A stretch of DNA of 64,000 bases from an uncultured Actinomycetes bacterium (lineage in GTDB: Bacteria; Actinomycetota; Thermoleophilia; RBG-16-64-13), in the NCBI GenBank assembly GCA_963814415.1, contig CAWFCN010000001.1, positions 854,529-918,528 of the forward strand, written 5' to 3'. Below, piece after piece: positions 8,930-16,010 of the stretch; position 1 is the first letter of the stretch, and each line of letters opens with the position of its first letter. A program made the position numbers and the translations under genes. Under the pieces are notes generated by a model. The model searched no databases. It saw nothing but the letters and a program-made list of their open reading frames with translations, and was not told the DNA's origin.

Positions 8930-9223
8930 TCAGCCCACCGCAGCCAACGTCTGCACCGAGCGAGCCGGACGAGACCGGGCCAGGTCGTGGGCCGTCTGCA
9001 GGTTGACCCAGAACTCCGGCGTGGTGTTCAGCGCCTGCGCGAGAAGCCAGGCGGTCTCAGCGGTGACCCCACGCTTCCCACGCACCACTTCGTTGATGCG
9101 CTGAACAGGGACACCCAGATGTGCCGCCAGCGCCACCTGCGACACGCCGAGGGGCTTGAGGAACTCCTGCTCCAACACCACGCCGGGGTGTGTGGGGATT
9201 CGGTTGTCCGGGATCATCACCAT
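8930..9223 (-). CDS. higA: HigA-family antitoxin (XRE HTH)
   Basis: IPTHPGVVLEQEFLKPLGVSQVALAAHLGVPVQRINEVVRGKRGVTAETAWLLAQAL. The ATG at 9223 lies 8 nt after the higB stop. Confidence 0.85.
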   Translation of the reverse strand: MVMIPDNRIPTHPGVVLEQEFLKPLGVSQVALAAHLGVPVQRINEVVRGKRGVTAETAWLLAQALNTTPEFWVNLQTAHDLARSRPARSVQTLAAVG

Positions 9224-9231
9224 ATCTAGCC

Positions 9232-9525
9232 TCACTTGTGGTAGTCGGTCAGCCGGACCTCGTAAGCATCGCCACCGTCCCACCGGAACACGATCCGCCA
9301 CTGCTCGTTCACTCGAATCGAGTAGAACCCTGCCAAATCGCCCCGCAACGCCTCCAGCCGGTTCCCCGGCGGGGCGGCAAGGTCCAGCAGGCCGCCAGCC
9401 GCTTCAGCATATCCAGCTTGACCAGGGCTGCGTTCACGAAGCCCGGAGGAAACCGCCGCACGCGGCCTGGTGGGCCGGTTGTGATAGAGGTCCTCAGTCG
9501 CTCTGTCTGAGAACGAGACGATCAA
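9232..9525 (-). CDS. higB: HigB-family (RelE/ParE superfamily) toxin; ORF open but about 23 internal codons read in the wrong frame
   Basis: TTG start with GGAGG 8 nt upstream. The ends match HigB (MIVSFSD...; PPGNRLEALRGD...WRIVFRW...DYH). The conserved middle (VRRFPPGFVNAALVKLDMLKRLAA) is only found in the +1 frame between about 9461 and 9394. Confidence 0.7.
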   Translation of the reverse strand: MIVSFSDRATEDLYHNRPTRPRAAVSSGLRERSPGQAGYAEAAGGLLDLAAPPGNRLEALRGDLAGFYSIRVNEQWRIVFRWDGGDAYEVRLTDYHK

Positions 9526-9550
9526 ACCGACTTGCCTCCGTCACTCCAGG

Positions 9551-9582
9551 ATGATACTACGACTATCATGCTTACCGTGCAA
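9551..9582 (-). promoter_or_regulatory. higBA promoter/operator: -35 TTGCAC (9582-9577), 17-bp spacer, -10 TAGTAT (9559-9554), overlapped by inverted repeat ATGATA-N7-TATCAT
   Basis: The hexamers, spacing and palindrome (9569-9564 / 9556-9551) are read directly on the minus strand, about 25 nt upstream of the higB SD. Confidence 0.5.
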
Positions 9583-9750
9583 GCGTGTAACTGACCCCGG
9601 GTGCGCGGCGCCGTGCACTGTCCAATATGGCAAGCGCGACTCGACGCTTCGCGCCCAGACCTCGGGTGGAACCTGCGTCATTCCGCCAATCTCTCCCGGC
9701 AGGCTACAATACGCGGACACACGCAGAGACCTAGCAGTGGGGACGGTGGG

Positions 9751-10386
9751 ATGCTCGAGATCAGATGGCACGGACGCGGAGGACAGGGCGCCATAACGGC
9801 GGCCAAGATCTTCGCTACCGCCGCTTTCAAGTCCGGATACACGGGGGTGGTCATGGCCCCCACTTTCGGCACCGAGCGGCGCGGCGCGCCCGTGTTCACC
9901 TCGCTCAAGCTGGCCAAGGAGAAGATCTACGACATCTCGCCCATAGAGACGCCGGACGTGGTGGTGGTGCTTGACCATCTGCTGCTGACCGAGGCCGACG
10001 TCACCGGGGGTCTGAAGCCCGGCGGGCTGATAGTGCTGAACACGCCCAAACCGGCCGAGGCCTACGACTTCGGCGACATGCGGCTCGCGGTGGCCGACAT
10101 CACGGCGCTGGCCGTGGAGGCCGGTCTGCCGCGCGGCGTGGTGAACAGCGGCATCATCGGCTCGGTCTGCCGAGCCCTGGACCTGGTGCCGTTCGACCTG
10201 GTGGTCGCCGAGATAGAGGCCGAGTTCGCGGCGAAGCGGCCGCAGGCCAACGCCGCCGCCGCCAAGCTGGCCTACAAAGCCACCGCCGTCAGTGAGCCTG
10301 GGGCGGCGCGCGGCCGGCGCCGCCGGCGCGGCGCGCGACCGACCGGGGCGCGGGCCGCGAAGGCCGCGAAGGCCGGGGCCGCCTGA
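9751..10386 (+). CDS. 2-oxoacid:ferredoxin oxidoreductase, gamma subunit
   Basis: MLEIRWHGRGGQGAITAAKIFA...APTFGTERRGAPV. It has an Arg/Ala-rich C-terminal tail, and its stop overlaps the next start (TGATG). Confidence 0.85.
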   Translation: MLEIRWHGRGGQGAITAAKIFATAAFKSGYTGVVMAPTFGTERRGAPVFTSLKLAKEKIYDISPIETPDVVVVLDHLLLTEADVTGGLKPGGLIVLNTPKPAEAYDFGDMRLAVADITALAVEAGLPRGVVNSGIIGSVCRALDLVPFDLVVAEIEAEFAAKRPQANAAAAKLAYKATAVSEPGAARGRRRRRGARPTGARAAKAAKAGAA

Positions 10387-12842
10387 TGGGCACGCGTGAC
10401 TACCCCTACAAGACCTCCCACAGCCTCAGCGGCCCCGGTGACGGCGGCCGCACGGGCTCCTGGCGCGTACAGCGCCCGGTCATAGACCTGAGCAAGTGCA
10501 CCCCCGCCAAGCGCGGCAGCGAGGCCTGCTTCATCTGCTGGCTGTACTGCCCCGACTGCACCATCTCGCGCACCATCCCGCCGGCCATCGACTACGAATA
10601 CTGCAAGGGCTGCGGCATCTGCGCCGAGGAGTGCCCCACCAAGGCCATCACCATGGTGGACGAGGCCGAAGGCGCCGCAGGGCGCCGCCGCCGAGGACGA
10701 CCCGGCGGCCTGCTCCACCGAAGGAGCGCGGCCATGCACATGATCGAGAACGGCAACGTAGCCGCCGCCCTGGGGGTCAAGCTGGCCGGGGCGCAGGTCA
10801 TCGCCGCCTACCCCATCACCCCGCAGACCCCGCTCACCGAGAAGCTCTCGGAGTTCATCGAGGCCGGCGAGATGAAGGCCCAGTACGTGCCGGTGGAGAG
10901 CGAGCACTCCGCGCTGGCGGCCTGCATCGCGGCCAGCAGCACGGGCGCGCGGGCCTTCACGGCCACCAGCGCCAACGGCCTCCTCTACATGCACGAGCAG
11001 ATCCACTGGGCCGCGGGCGCCCGCCTGCCCATAGTGATGTGCGTGGTCAACCGAGCGGTCGGCGCACCGTGGTGCATCTGGAACGACCACCAGGACTCCA
11101 TCTCGCAGCGCGACACCGGCTGGATACAGATGTACTGCTGCGACCATCAGCAGATCATCGACACGGTGATCAAGGCCTTCGCTCTGGCCGAAGCGGTGAG
11201 CGTCCCGGTGATGGTCTGCTACGACGGCTACCTGCTCTCGCACACCTACATGCCCTTCGAGGTGCCCGACGAGAAGCAGGTGGCCAAGTTCCTGCCGCCC
11301 TTCAAGCCGGCCTACGCTCTGGACCCCGCGAGCCCGGCCAGCCTGAACACCGTCACCCTGCCCGACGTGCGCATGGACATAAACGGCGAGTTGGCCCACG
11401 GCTACATGGAGATCCGCTACCTGCTGCAGGAGGACCTCCGCGGCGCCATGAAAGTGGCCCAGGAGCAAGAGGACCGGTACAAGAAGCTCTTCGGACGGGG
11501 CGGCGACGCCCTGCTGGAGGCCTACCGCTGTGACGACGCCGAACACATCGTGGTGGGCTTGGGCTCGCTCACGTACCAGTTGCGCGACGTGGCAGAGACG
11601 CTGAGGACTGAAGGTCACAAGCTCGGGGTGCTCGGGGTGCGGATCTACCGGCCCTTCCCCGATGGGGCCCTCGTCACGGCCCTGAAGGGCGCGCGCAAGG
11701 TGTATGTCATCGAAAAGGCCGTGTCGTACGGCTTCAAGGGCCCTCTGGCCTCGGACATCAAGGCTGCCCTCTACATGGCCCCCGACCGGGGCGCCATGCC
11801 CGACGTCCGCGGCATGATGGCCGGCATCGGAGGTCGTGACATCCGCACCGCCGACCTCGCCGACACCCTGCGGGCCGCGATCAAGGACGAGCTGCCCGGT
11901 GGCCCCATCTGGATCGGATCAGAAACTGTGAGCGTCAAGACGACGATACTGACCCTCCCCAAAGAGGAGTACGTCCACCCGGGCAACCGGGCCTGCACGG
12001 GGTGCGGCCTCTCCATCGCGTACCGCATAGGGCTGAAGGCGCTGGGACCCGATACCATCTTGGTGGTGCCGCCCAGTTGTCTGACCGTGCTGCAGGGTCT
12101 CTTTCCCATCTGTTCCACCAAGCTGCCCGTGCTCAACGTCACCTTCGCGTCCACGGCCTCGTCGGCCACCGGCGTCATCGAGGCGCTCAAGGCCCAGGGC
12201 CGCGACCACATCAAGGTGGTCGGCTGGGCCGGCGACGGCGGCACGGCCGACATCGGCATCCAGGCGCTCTCGGGAGCTGCCGAGCGCGGCGACGACTTCC
12301 TCTTCATGTGCTACGACAACGAGGGCTACATGAACACCGGCGTGCAGCGCTCGGGTACCACGCCCCAGTTCGCCCTCACCGCCAACACGCCGTTCAAGGG
12401 CAAGCAGCAACAGAAGAAGGACGTGCCTGCCATCATGGCCGCCCATGGCATCGACTACGTGGCCACGGCCTCGGCCGCCTACCCGCTGGACCTCTACGAC
12501 AAGATCCACAAGGCGCTCACCCTCAAGGGCACCAAGTACATACACATCCACACGCCCTGCCCGCCGGGCTGGGGCTTCGAGCCCCGCTACAGCATCAAGC
12601 TGGGCCGGTTGGCGGTGGAGACCGGCTACTTCGACCTCTACGAGGTGGAGCGGGGCGAGTTCCGGCTCACCGGCGCCTCGGAGAAGCTACTCGAGAAGCG
12701 GCAGTTGGTGCCCGTGGCCGACTACTTGAAGCCGCAGGCCCGTTTCAAGGTGATCGACGACCAGCAACTCGCCAACATTCAAGCTCAGGTTGAGGTTAAG
12801 TGGGCCGAGTACTATCGGGTTGCCGACCAGGCTAACGCCTAG
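10386..12842 (+). CDS. 2-oxoacid:ferredoxin oxidoreductase, fused delta (2x4Fe-4S) - alpha - beta (TPP) polypeptide
   Basis: Delta: CxxCxxCP-type motifs (CFICWLYCPDC, CKGCGICAEECP). Alpha begins at about 10734 (MHMIENGNVAAALG..YPITPQT). Beta begins at about 11928 (LPKEEYVHPGNRACTGCG, GDGGTADIG, CPPGW). The domain sizes (116/398/304 aa) equal those of free subunits. Confidence 0.85.
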   Translation: MGTRDYPYKTSHSLSGPGDGGRTGSWRVQRPVIDLSKCTPAKRGSEACFICWLYCPDCTISRTIPPAIDYEYCKGCGICAEECPTKAITMVDEAEGAAGRRRRGRPGGLLHRRSAAMHMIENGNVAAALGVKLAGAQVIAAYPITPQTPLTEKLSEFIEAGEMKAQYVPVESEHSALAACIAASSTGARAFTATSANGLLYMHEQIHWAAGARLPIVMCVVNRAVGAPWCIWNDHQDSISQRDTGWIQMYCCDHQQIIDTVIKAFALAEAVSVPVMVCYDGYLLSHTYMPFEVPDEKQVAKFLPPFKPAYALDPASPASLNTVTLPDVRMDINGELAHGYMEIRYLLQEDLRGAMKVAQEQEDRYKKLFGRGGDALLEAYRCDDAEHIVVGLGSLTYQLRDVAETLRTEGHKLGVLGVRIYRPFPDGALVTALKGARKVYVIEKAVSYGFKGPLASDIKAALYMAPDRGAMPDVRGMMAGIGGRDIRTADLADTLRAAIKDELPGGPIWIGSETVSVKTTILTLPKEEYVHPGNRACTGCGLSIAYRIGLKALGPDTILVVPPSCLTVLQGLFPICSTKLPVLNVTFASTASSATGVIEALKAQGRDHIKVVGWAGDGGTADIGIQALSGAAERGDDFLFMCYDNEGYMNTGVQRSGTTPQFALTANTPFKGKQQQKKDVPAIMAAHGIDYVATASAAYPLDLYDKIHKALTLKGTKYIHIHTPCPPGWGFEPRYSIKLGRLAVETGYFDLYEVERGEFRLTGASEKLLEKRQLVPVADYLKPQARFKVIDDQQLANIQAQVEVKWAEYYRVADQANA

Positions 12843-12856
12843 ACCGCAGGGACCCT

Positions 12857-13228
12857 GTGGGTGACCTCCCCGTCGTCTTCATGGCCTCAGCCGCTCGGTG
12901 GGAAGAATGGCTGGCGGCGCACAACACCCAGCCCGACGGCGTATGGCTCAAGATCGCCAAGAAGGCCTCGGGCATACCCTCGGTCGACTACGACGAGGCC
13001 TTGGACGTAGCGCTTTGCTACGGGTGGATCGACGGGACGCGCAGGGCCTTCGACGACAGCCACTTCATCCAGAGGTTCACGCCCCGCCGGCCGAGGAGCC
13101 AGTGGTCCAAGCGCAATATCGACAAGGTGGCCGTCCTGACGGCCGCGGGCAGGATGCGACCCGCCGGTCTGGCCCAGGTGGAGGCGGCAGTGGCCGATGG
13201 CCGCTGGGCAACCGCCCTGGCCGGATAG
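12857..13228 (+). CDS. YdeI/OmpD-associated family protein, C-terminally truncated
   Basis: WLAAHNTQPDGVWLKIAKK...ALCYGWIDGTRR...RFTPRRPRSQWSKRNIDKV...RMRPAGL. It ends at about residue 123, whereas family members I recall run to about 190 aa. Confidence 0.55.
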   Translation: MGDLPVVFMASAARWEEWLAAHNTQPDGVWLKIAKKASGIPSVDYDEALDVALCYGWIDGTRRAFDDSHFIQRFTPRRPRSQWSKRNIDKVAVLTAAGRMRPAGLAQVEAAVADGRWATALAG

Positions 13229-13267
13229 CTGCTAGGCTGAGAGCAGACAATCCCGAGGAGTAGTCTC

Positions 13268-15547
13268 TTGAGTCTCACAACGCCGGGTGCCCCCGACAAG
13301 ATCGTCCCCACTTTCTGCCACGGCTGTGGTTCATACAGAGGTCCCTGCGGACTGCTCTGCCACGTGCAGGACGGCAGGTTCGTCAGAGTAGAAGGCAATC
13401 CGGCCGCCTGCAACAACGGTGTCCCCGGCTCCACCTCGCTCTGCCCCAAGGCCTTCTCTGCTCCCCAGTATGTCTACGCGGCCGACCGTCTGCAGTACCC
13501 GCTGAGGAGAGTGGGCGCCAAAGGTGAGGGCCGATTCCAGCGGATCACCTGGGATGAGGCCCTGGACACCATCGCCGCCAAGCTGGCGGAGACCAAGCAG
13601 AAGTACGGCGCGGAAGCCTTCGGCATCCTCTCGCCTGAGTACTGGCCGGTGCTGGCCCTTCTGGGCCGCCGGTTCTTGAACGTGTACGGCAGCCCCAACT
13701 ACATGCACAGCGCCATCTGCGCGACCCCGCGCATGGCCTCCGCCAAGGTCTCGGTCGGATACTTCAGCATGGGCCCGGACGACTGGAGCAAGACCAAGCT
13801 CTTGGTCAACTGGGGCGCGAACCCGGAGAACTCCGGTATAAACCGAGCCGGCACCCCCCGGAGCGTCTTGGACGCGCTCGCCGGAGGCATGCGCTACGTG
13901 GACATCCGGCCCATGCGCGACCCGCTCGGCACGAAGGCGGACACTTGGCTCCCCATCCGTCCCGGTACGGACTGCGCTCTGGCGCTGGCCTTCCTGAACG
14001 TTCTCGTCAGCGAGGAACTCTTCGACCGGGCGTTCGTCGCCGACTGGTGCCACGGCTTCGACCAGCTGGCCGAGCACGTTCGCCAGTTCCCTCCGGAGTG
14101 GGCGGCGCCCCTCACCGGTCTGCCGGTCGCGCAGATACGCGATACGGCGCGCCTGATCGGCACCACGCGGCCCGCGTTCATCATGATGGGCAACGGGGTG
14201 GGGGATCAAGCCACCGACGGAACTTCCACTGTCATGGCCATCTCCCTGATCGCCGCCATAACCGGCAATCTGGCAGTGCCGGGCGGTCAGACTCCCCCGC
14301 CCCCCGGCGCGAGTCTGTTCCCCCAACCTTCCCGACTGGCGGAGCTCGCACCGCCCGACTTCGAGGAGCGACTTGTCGCCCCCGAGAGCCCGGTCTGGTA
14401 TCAGAAGGACTGCTGGACCGAGAACGGTCCCACTTCGGCCTACTACAAGGGGCTGATGAGCATCCTCACGGAAGAACCCTACCCGCTGCGCGTCCTGGGC
14501 GCAGGCTACACCAACCCCCTTTCGGCCACGCGCAACCCCAAGAAGGTCGCGGAAGCCCTGCGCAAGCTGGACTTCATGTTCGTGATGGATGTCTTTCGCG
14601 CTCCCCATGTCGACTTCGCCGATATCGTGCTGCCCGCCTGCACCAGCTACGAGCAGGACCTCTTCTTCGGCACCAAGAGGACCCCGGAGGGTACTTGGGT
14701 GTGCGGATATGACCAGGTGGTGGAGCCGCTGGCAGAGTCCCGCAGCGACTGGCTCTTCTACCTCGAGCTGGCCGTCCGCATGGGTTACGGCGAGCATTTC
14801 TGGCAGGGCGACGCCCAGGCCATGACGGACGAGATGCTGGCCCCCTACGGCCTGACGGCGCAACAGTTGCGTGACCATCCCGAGGGGATTCTGGTGGCGC
14901 CCTCTGCGCCCGCAAGATCAGGTGGTGGAGCGGACGCGGCCGAGGCGCTCACGCCGGACGAGCGGCAACGGCAGCGCTGGGCCGGGCTCTTCAAAGACCT
15001 GCCCCACGGCAAGGTGCAGTGCTACAACGAGGTCATAGGTGGCCGGCCCAACAACGACGGCAGTGGCACCCTCCCCTATCTGCCCGTCTACCAGGGACCG
15101 CCCGAAGGACTCGCCCAGACGCCCGAGCTGGCCCAGGACTTCCCACTCATCCTGAGCGACGTGCATGCGCACCGCCTGTCACACCACAGCTGGCTGCACG
15201 ACAGCGCCTATCTGCGCGAGCTGCAACCGTACCCCTGGCTCAAAATGAATCCGGCCACCGCTCAGAAGTACCGCATCGCCGACGGTGACTGGGTGAAGGT
15301 GGAGTCTCCGCGTGGCTGGTGCAGATTGAAGGCCCAGTACTTCGAGGCTATCTCACCCGATGTGGTGATGACCAAGCGAGGCTGGTGGCAGGCTTGTGAT
15401 GAGTTGGGGCTGCCTGGCTACGAGTCGGGCGACGGAGGCAGCGAGGTCAACAACCTGTACTCCTCCGACCCTGCTCTCTTCGACAAGTTCTTCTCGCAGA
15501 TGCCCAAACAGACGCTGGTCAAGATCAGCCGCTGGGAGGAGGACTAG
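13268..15547 (+). CDS. molybdopterin (bis-MGD) oxidoreductase catalytic subunit, cytoplasmic
   Basis: TTG start with GAGGAG 7 nt upstream. It has an N-terminal Fe-S motif C-x2-C-x6-C...LCPK, no twin-arginine signal, and a 759-aa DMSO-reductase-family layout. The substrate is not inferable. Confidence 0.8.
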   Translation: MSLTTPGAPDKIVPTFCHGCGSYRGPCGLLCHVQDGRFVRVEGNPAACNNGVPGSTSLCPKAFSAPQYVYAADRLQYPLRRVGAKGEGRFQRITWDEALDTIAAKLAETKQKYGAEAFGILSPEYWPVLALLGRRFLNVYGSPNYMHSAICATPRMASAKVSVGYFSMGPDDWSKTKLLVNWGANPENSGINRAGTPRSVLDALAGGMRYVDIRPMRDPLGTKADTWLPIRPGTDCALALAFLNVLVSEELFDRAFVADWCHGFDQLAEHVRQFPPEWAAPLTGLPVAQIRDTARLIGTTRPAFIMMGNGVGDQATDGTSTVMAISLIAAITGNLAVPGGQTPPPPGASLFPQPSRLAELAPPDFEERLVAPESPVWYQKDCWTENGPTSAYYKGLMSILTEEPYPLRVLGAGYTNPLSATRNPKKVAEALRKLDFMFVMDVFRAPHVDFADIVLPACTSYEQDLFFGTKRTPEGTWVCGYDQVVEPLAESRSDWLFYLELAVRMGYGEHFWQGDAQAMTDEMLAPYGLTAQQLRDHPEGILVAPSAPARSGGGADAAEALTPDERQRQRWAGLFKDLPHGKVQCYNEVIGGRPNNDGSGTLPYLPVYQGPPEGLAQTPELAQDFPLILSDVHAHRLSHHSWLHDSAYLRELQPYPWLKMNPATAQKYRIADGDWVKVESPRGWCRLKAQYFEAISPDVVMTKRGWWQACDELGLPGYESGDGGSEVNNLYSSDPALFDKFFSQMPKQTLVKISRWEED

Positions 15548-15549
15548 CC

Positions 15550-16002
15550 ATGCCGGACGGGTATGCCTTCAGCCACGACCCCGAGCGCTGCATCAAGTGC
15601 TACACGTGCGAGCTCGCCTGCAAGCAGTGGAAGGGCATAGCCGCTGGCACCCACAGACTGCGCAGGGTATACGAGACCACCAGCGGCACCTTCCCCCAGA
15701 TCAACCGCACCTTCCACTCTGTCGGCTGTCAGCACTGCCCGGACGCTCCTTGCCTCGGGGTCTGCCGCCCCGGGGCCCTCAGCAAGCGCGCCGACGGTCT
15801 CGTGGCGGTGGACGCCGGCAAGTGCGACGGCTGTCGCAAGTGCTTTGCGGCCTGCCCCTTCGCCGTGCCCGCCTTCGGCCCGGACCGTACTCTGCAGTTG
15901 TGCGACCTGTGTCAGGACCGGCTGGCCGAGGGCAAGGGTCCCCTATGCAGTGACGTGTGCCCCACCGGGGCGCTCCGCTATCTGAGGACGGCCGGAACCT
16001 AG
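15550..16002 (+). CDS. 4Fe-4S dicluster electron-transfer subunit
   Basis: CIKCYTCELAC, CQHCPDAPC, CDGCRKCFAACP and CDLC...C motifs. It starts 3 nt after the Mo-subunit stop. Confidence 0.8.
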   Translation: MPDGYAFSHDPERCIKCYTCELACKQWKGIAAGTHRLRRVYETTSGTFPQINRTFHSVGCQHCPDAPCLGVCRPGALSKRADGLVAVDAGKCDGCRKCFAACPFAVPAFGPDRTLQLCDLCQDRLAEGKGPLCSDVCPTGALRYLRTAGT

Positions 16003-16010
16003 TCACACCT

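Noticed and set aside
7843-9006. Long antisense or alternative-frame ORFs throughout the window. Examples are 7843..9006 (+), 10272..11618 (-), 13331..14878 (-), 17073..19109 (+), 28983..30044 (+), 54183..55313 (+), 56144..57298 (+), 57301..58920 (+) and 61390..62244 (+).
   Set aside because: Each lies opposite or out of frame to a gene with clear family signatures. Their translations are Arg/Gly/Ala/His/Pro-rich low-complexity strings, typical of shadow ORFs in GC-rich DNA. None has a convincing SD or recognisable motif.
13268-15547. Selenocysteine (in-frame TGA) or Tat export in the two molybdoenzymes (13268..15547 and 59695..62229).
   Set aside because: Both ORFs are uninterrupted without any in-frame TGA. 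Neither N-terminus contains an S/T-R-R-x-F-L-K-type motif, so both are predicted to be cytoplasmic Cys/Ser-ligated enzymes.
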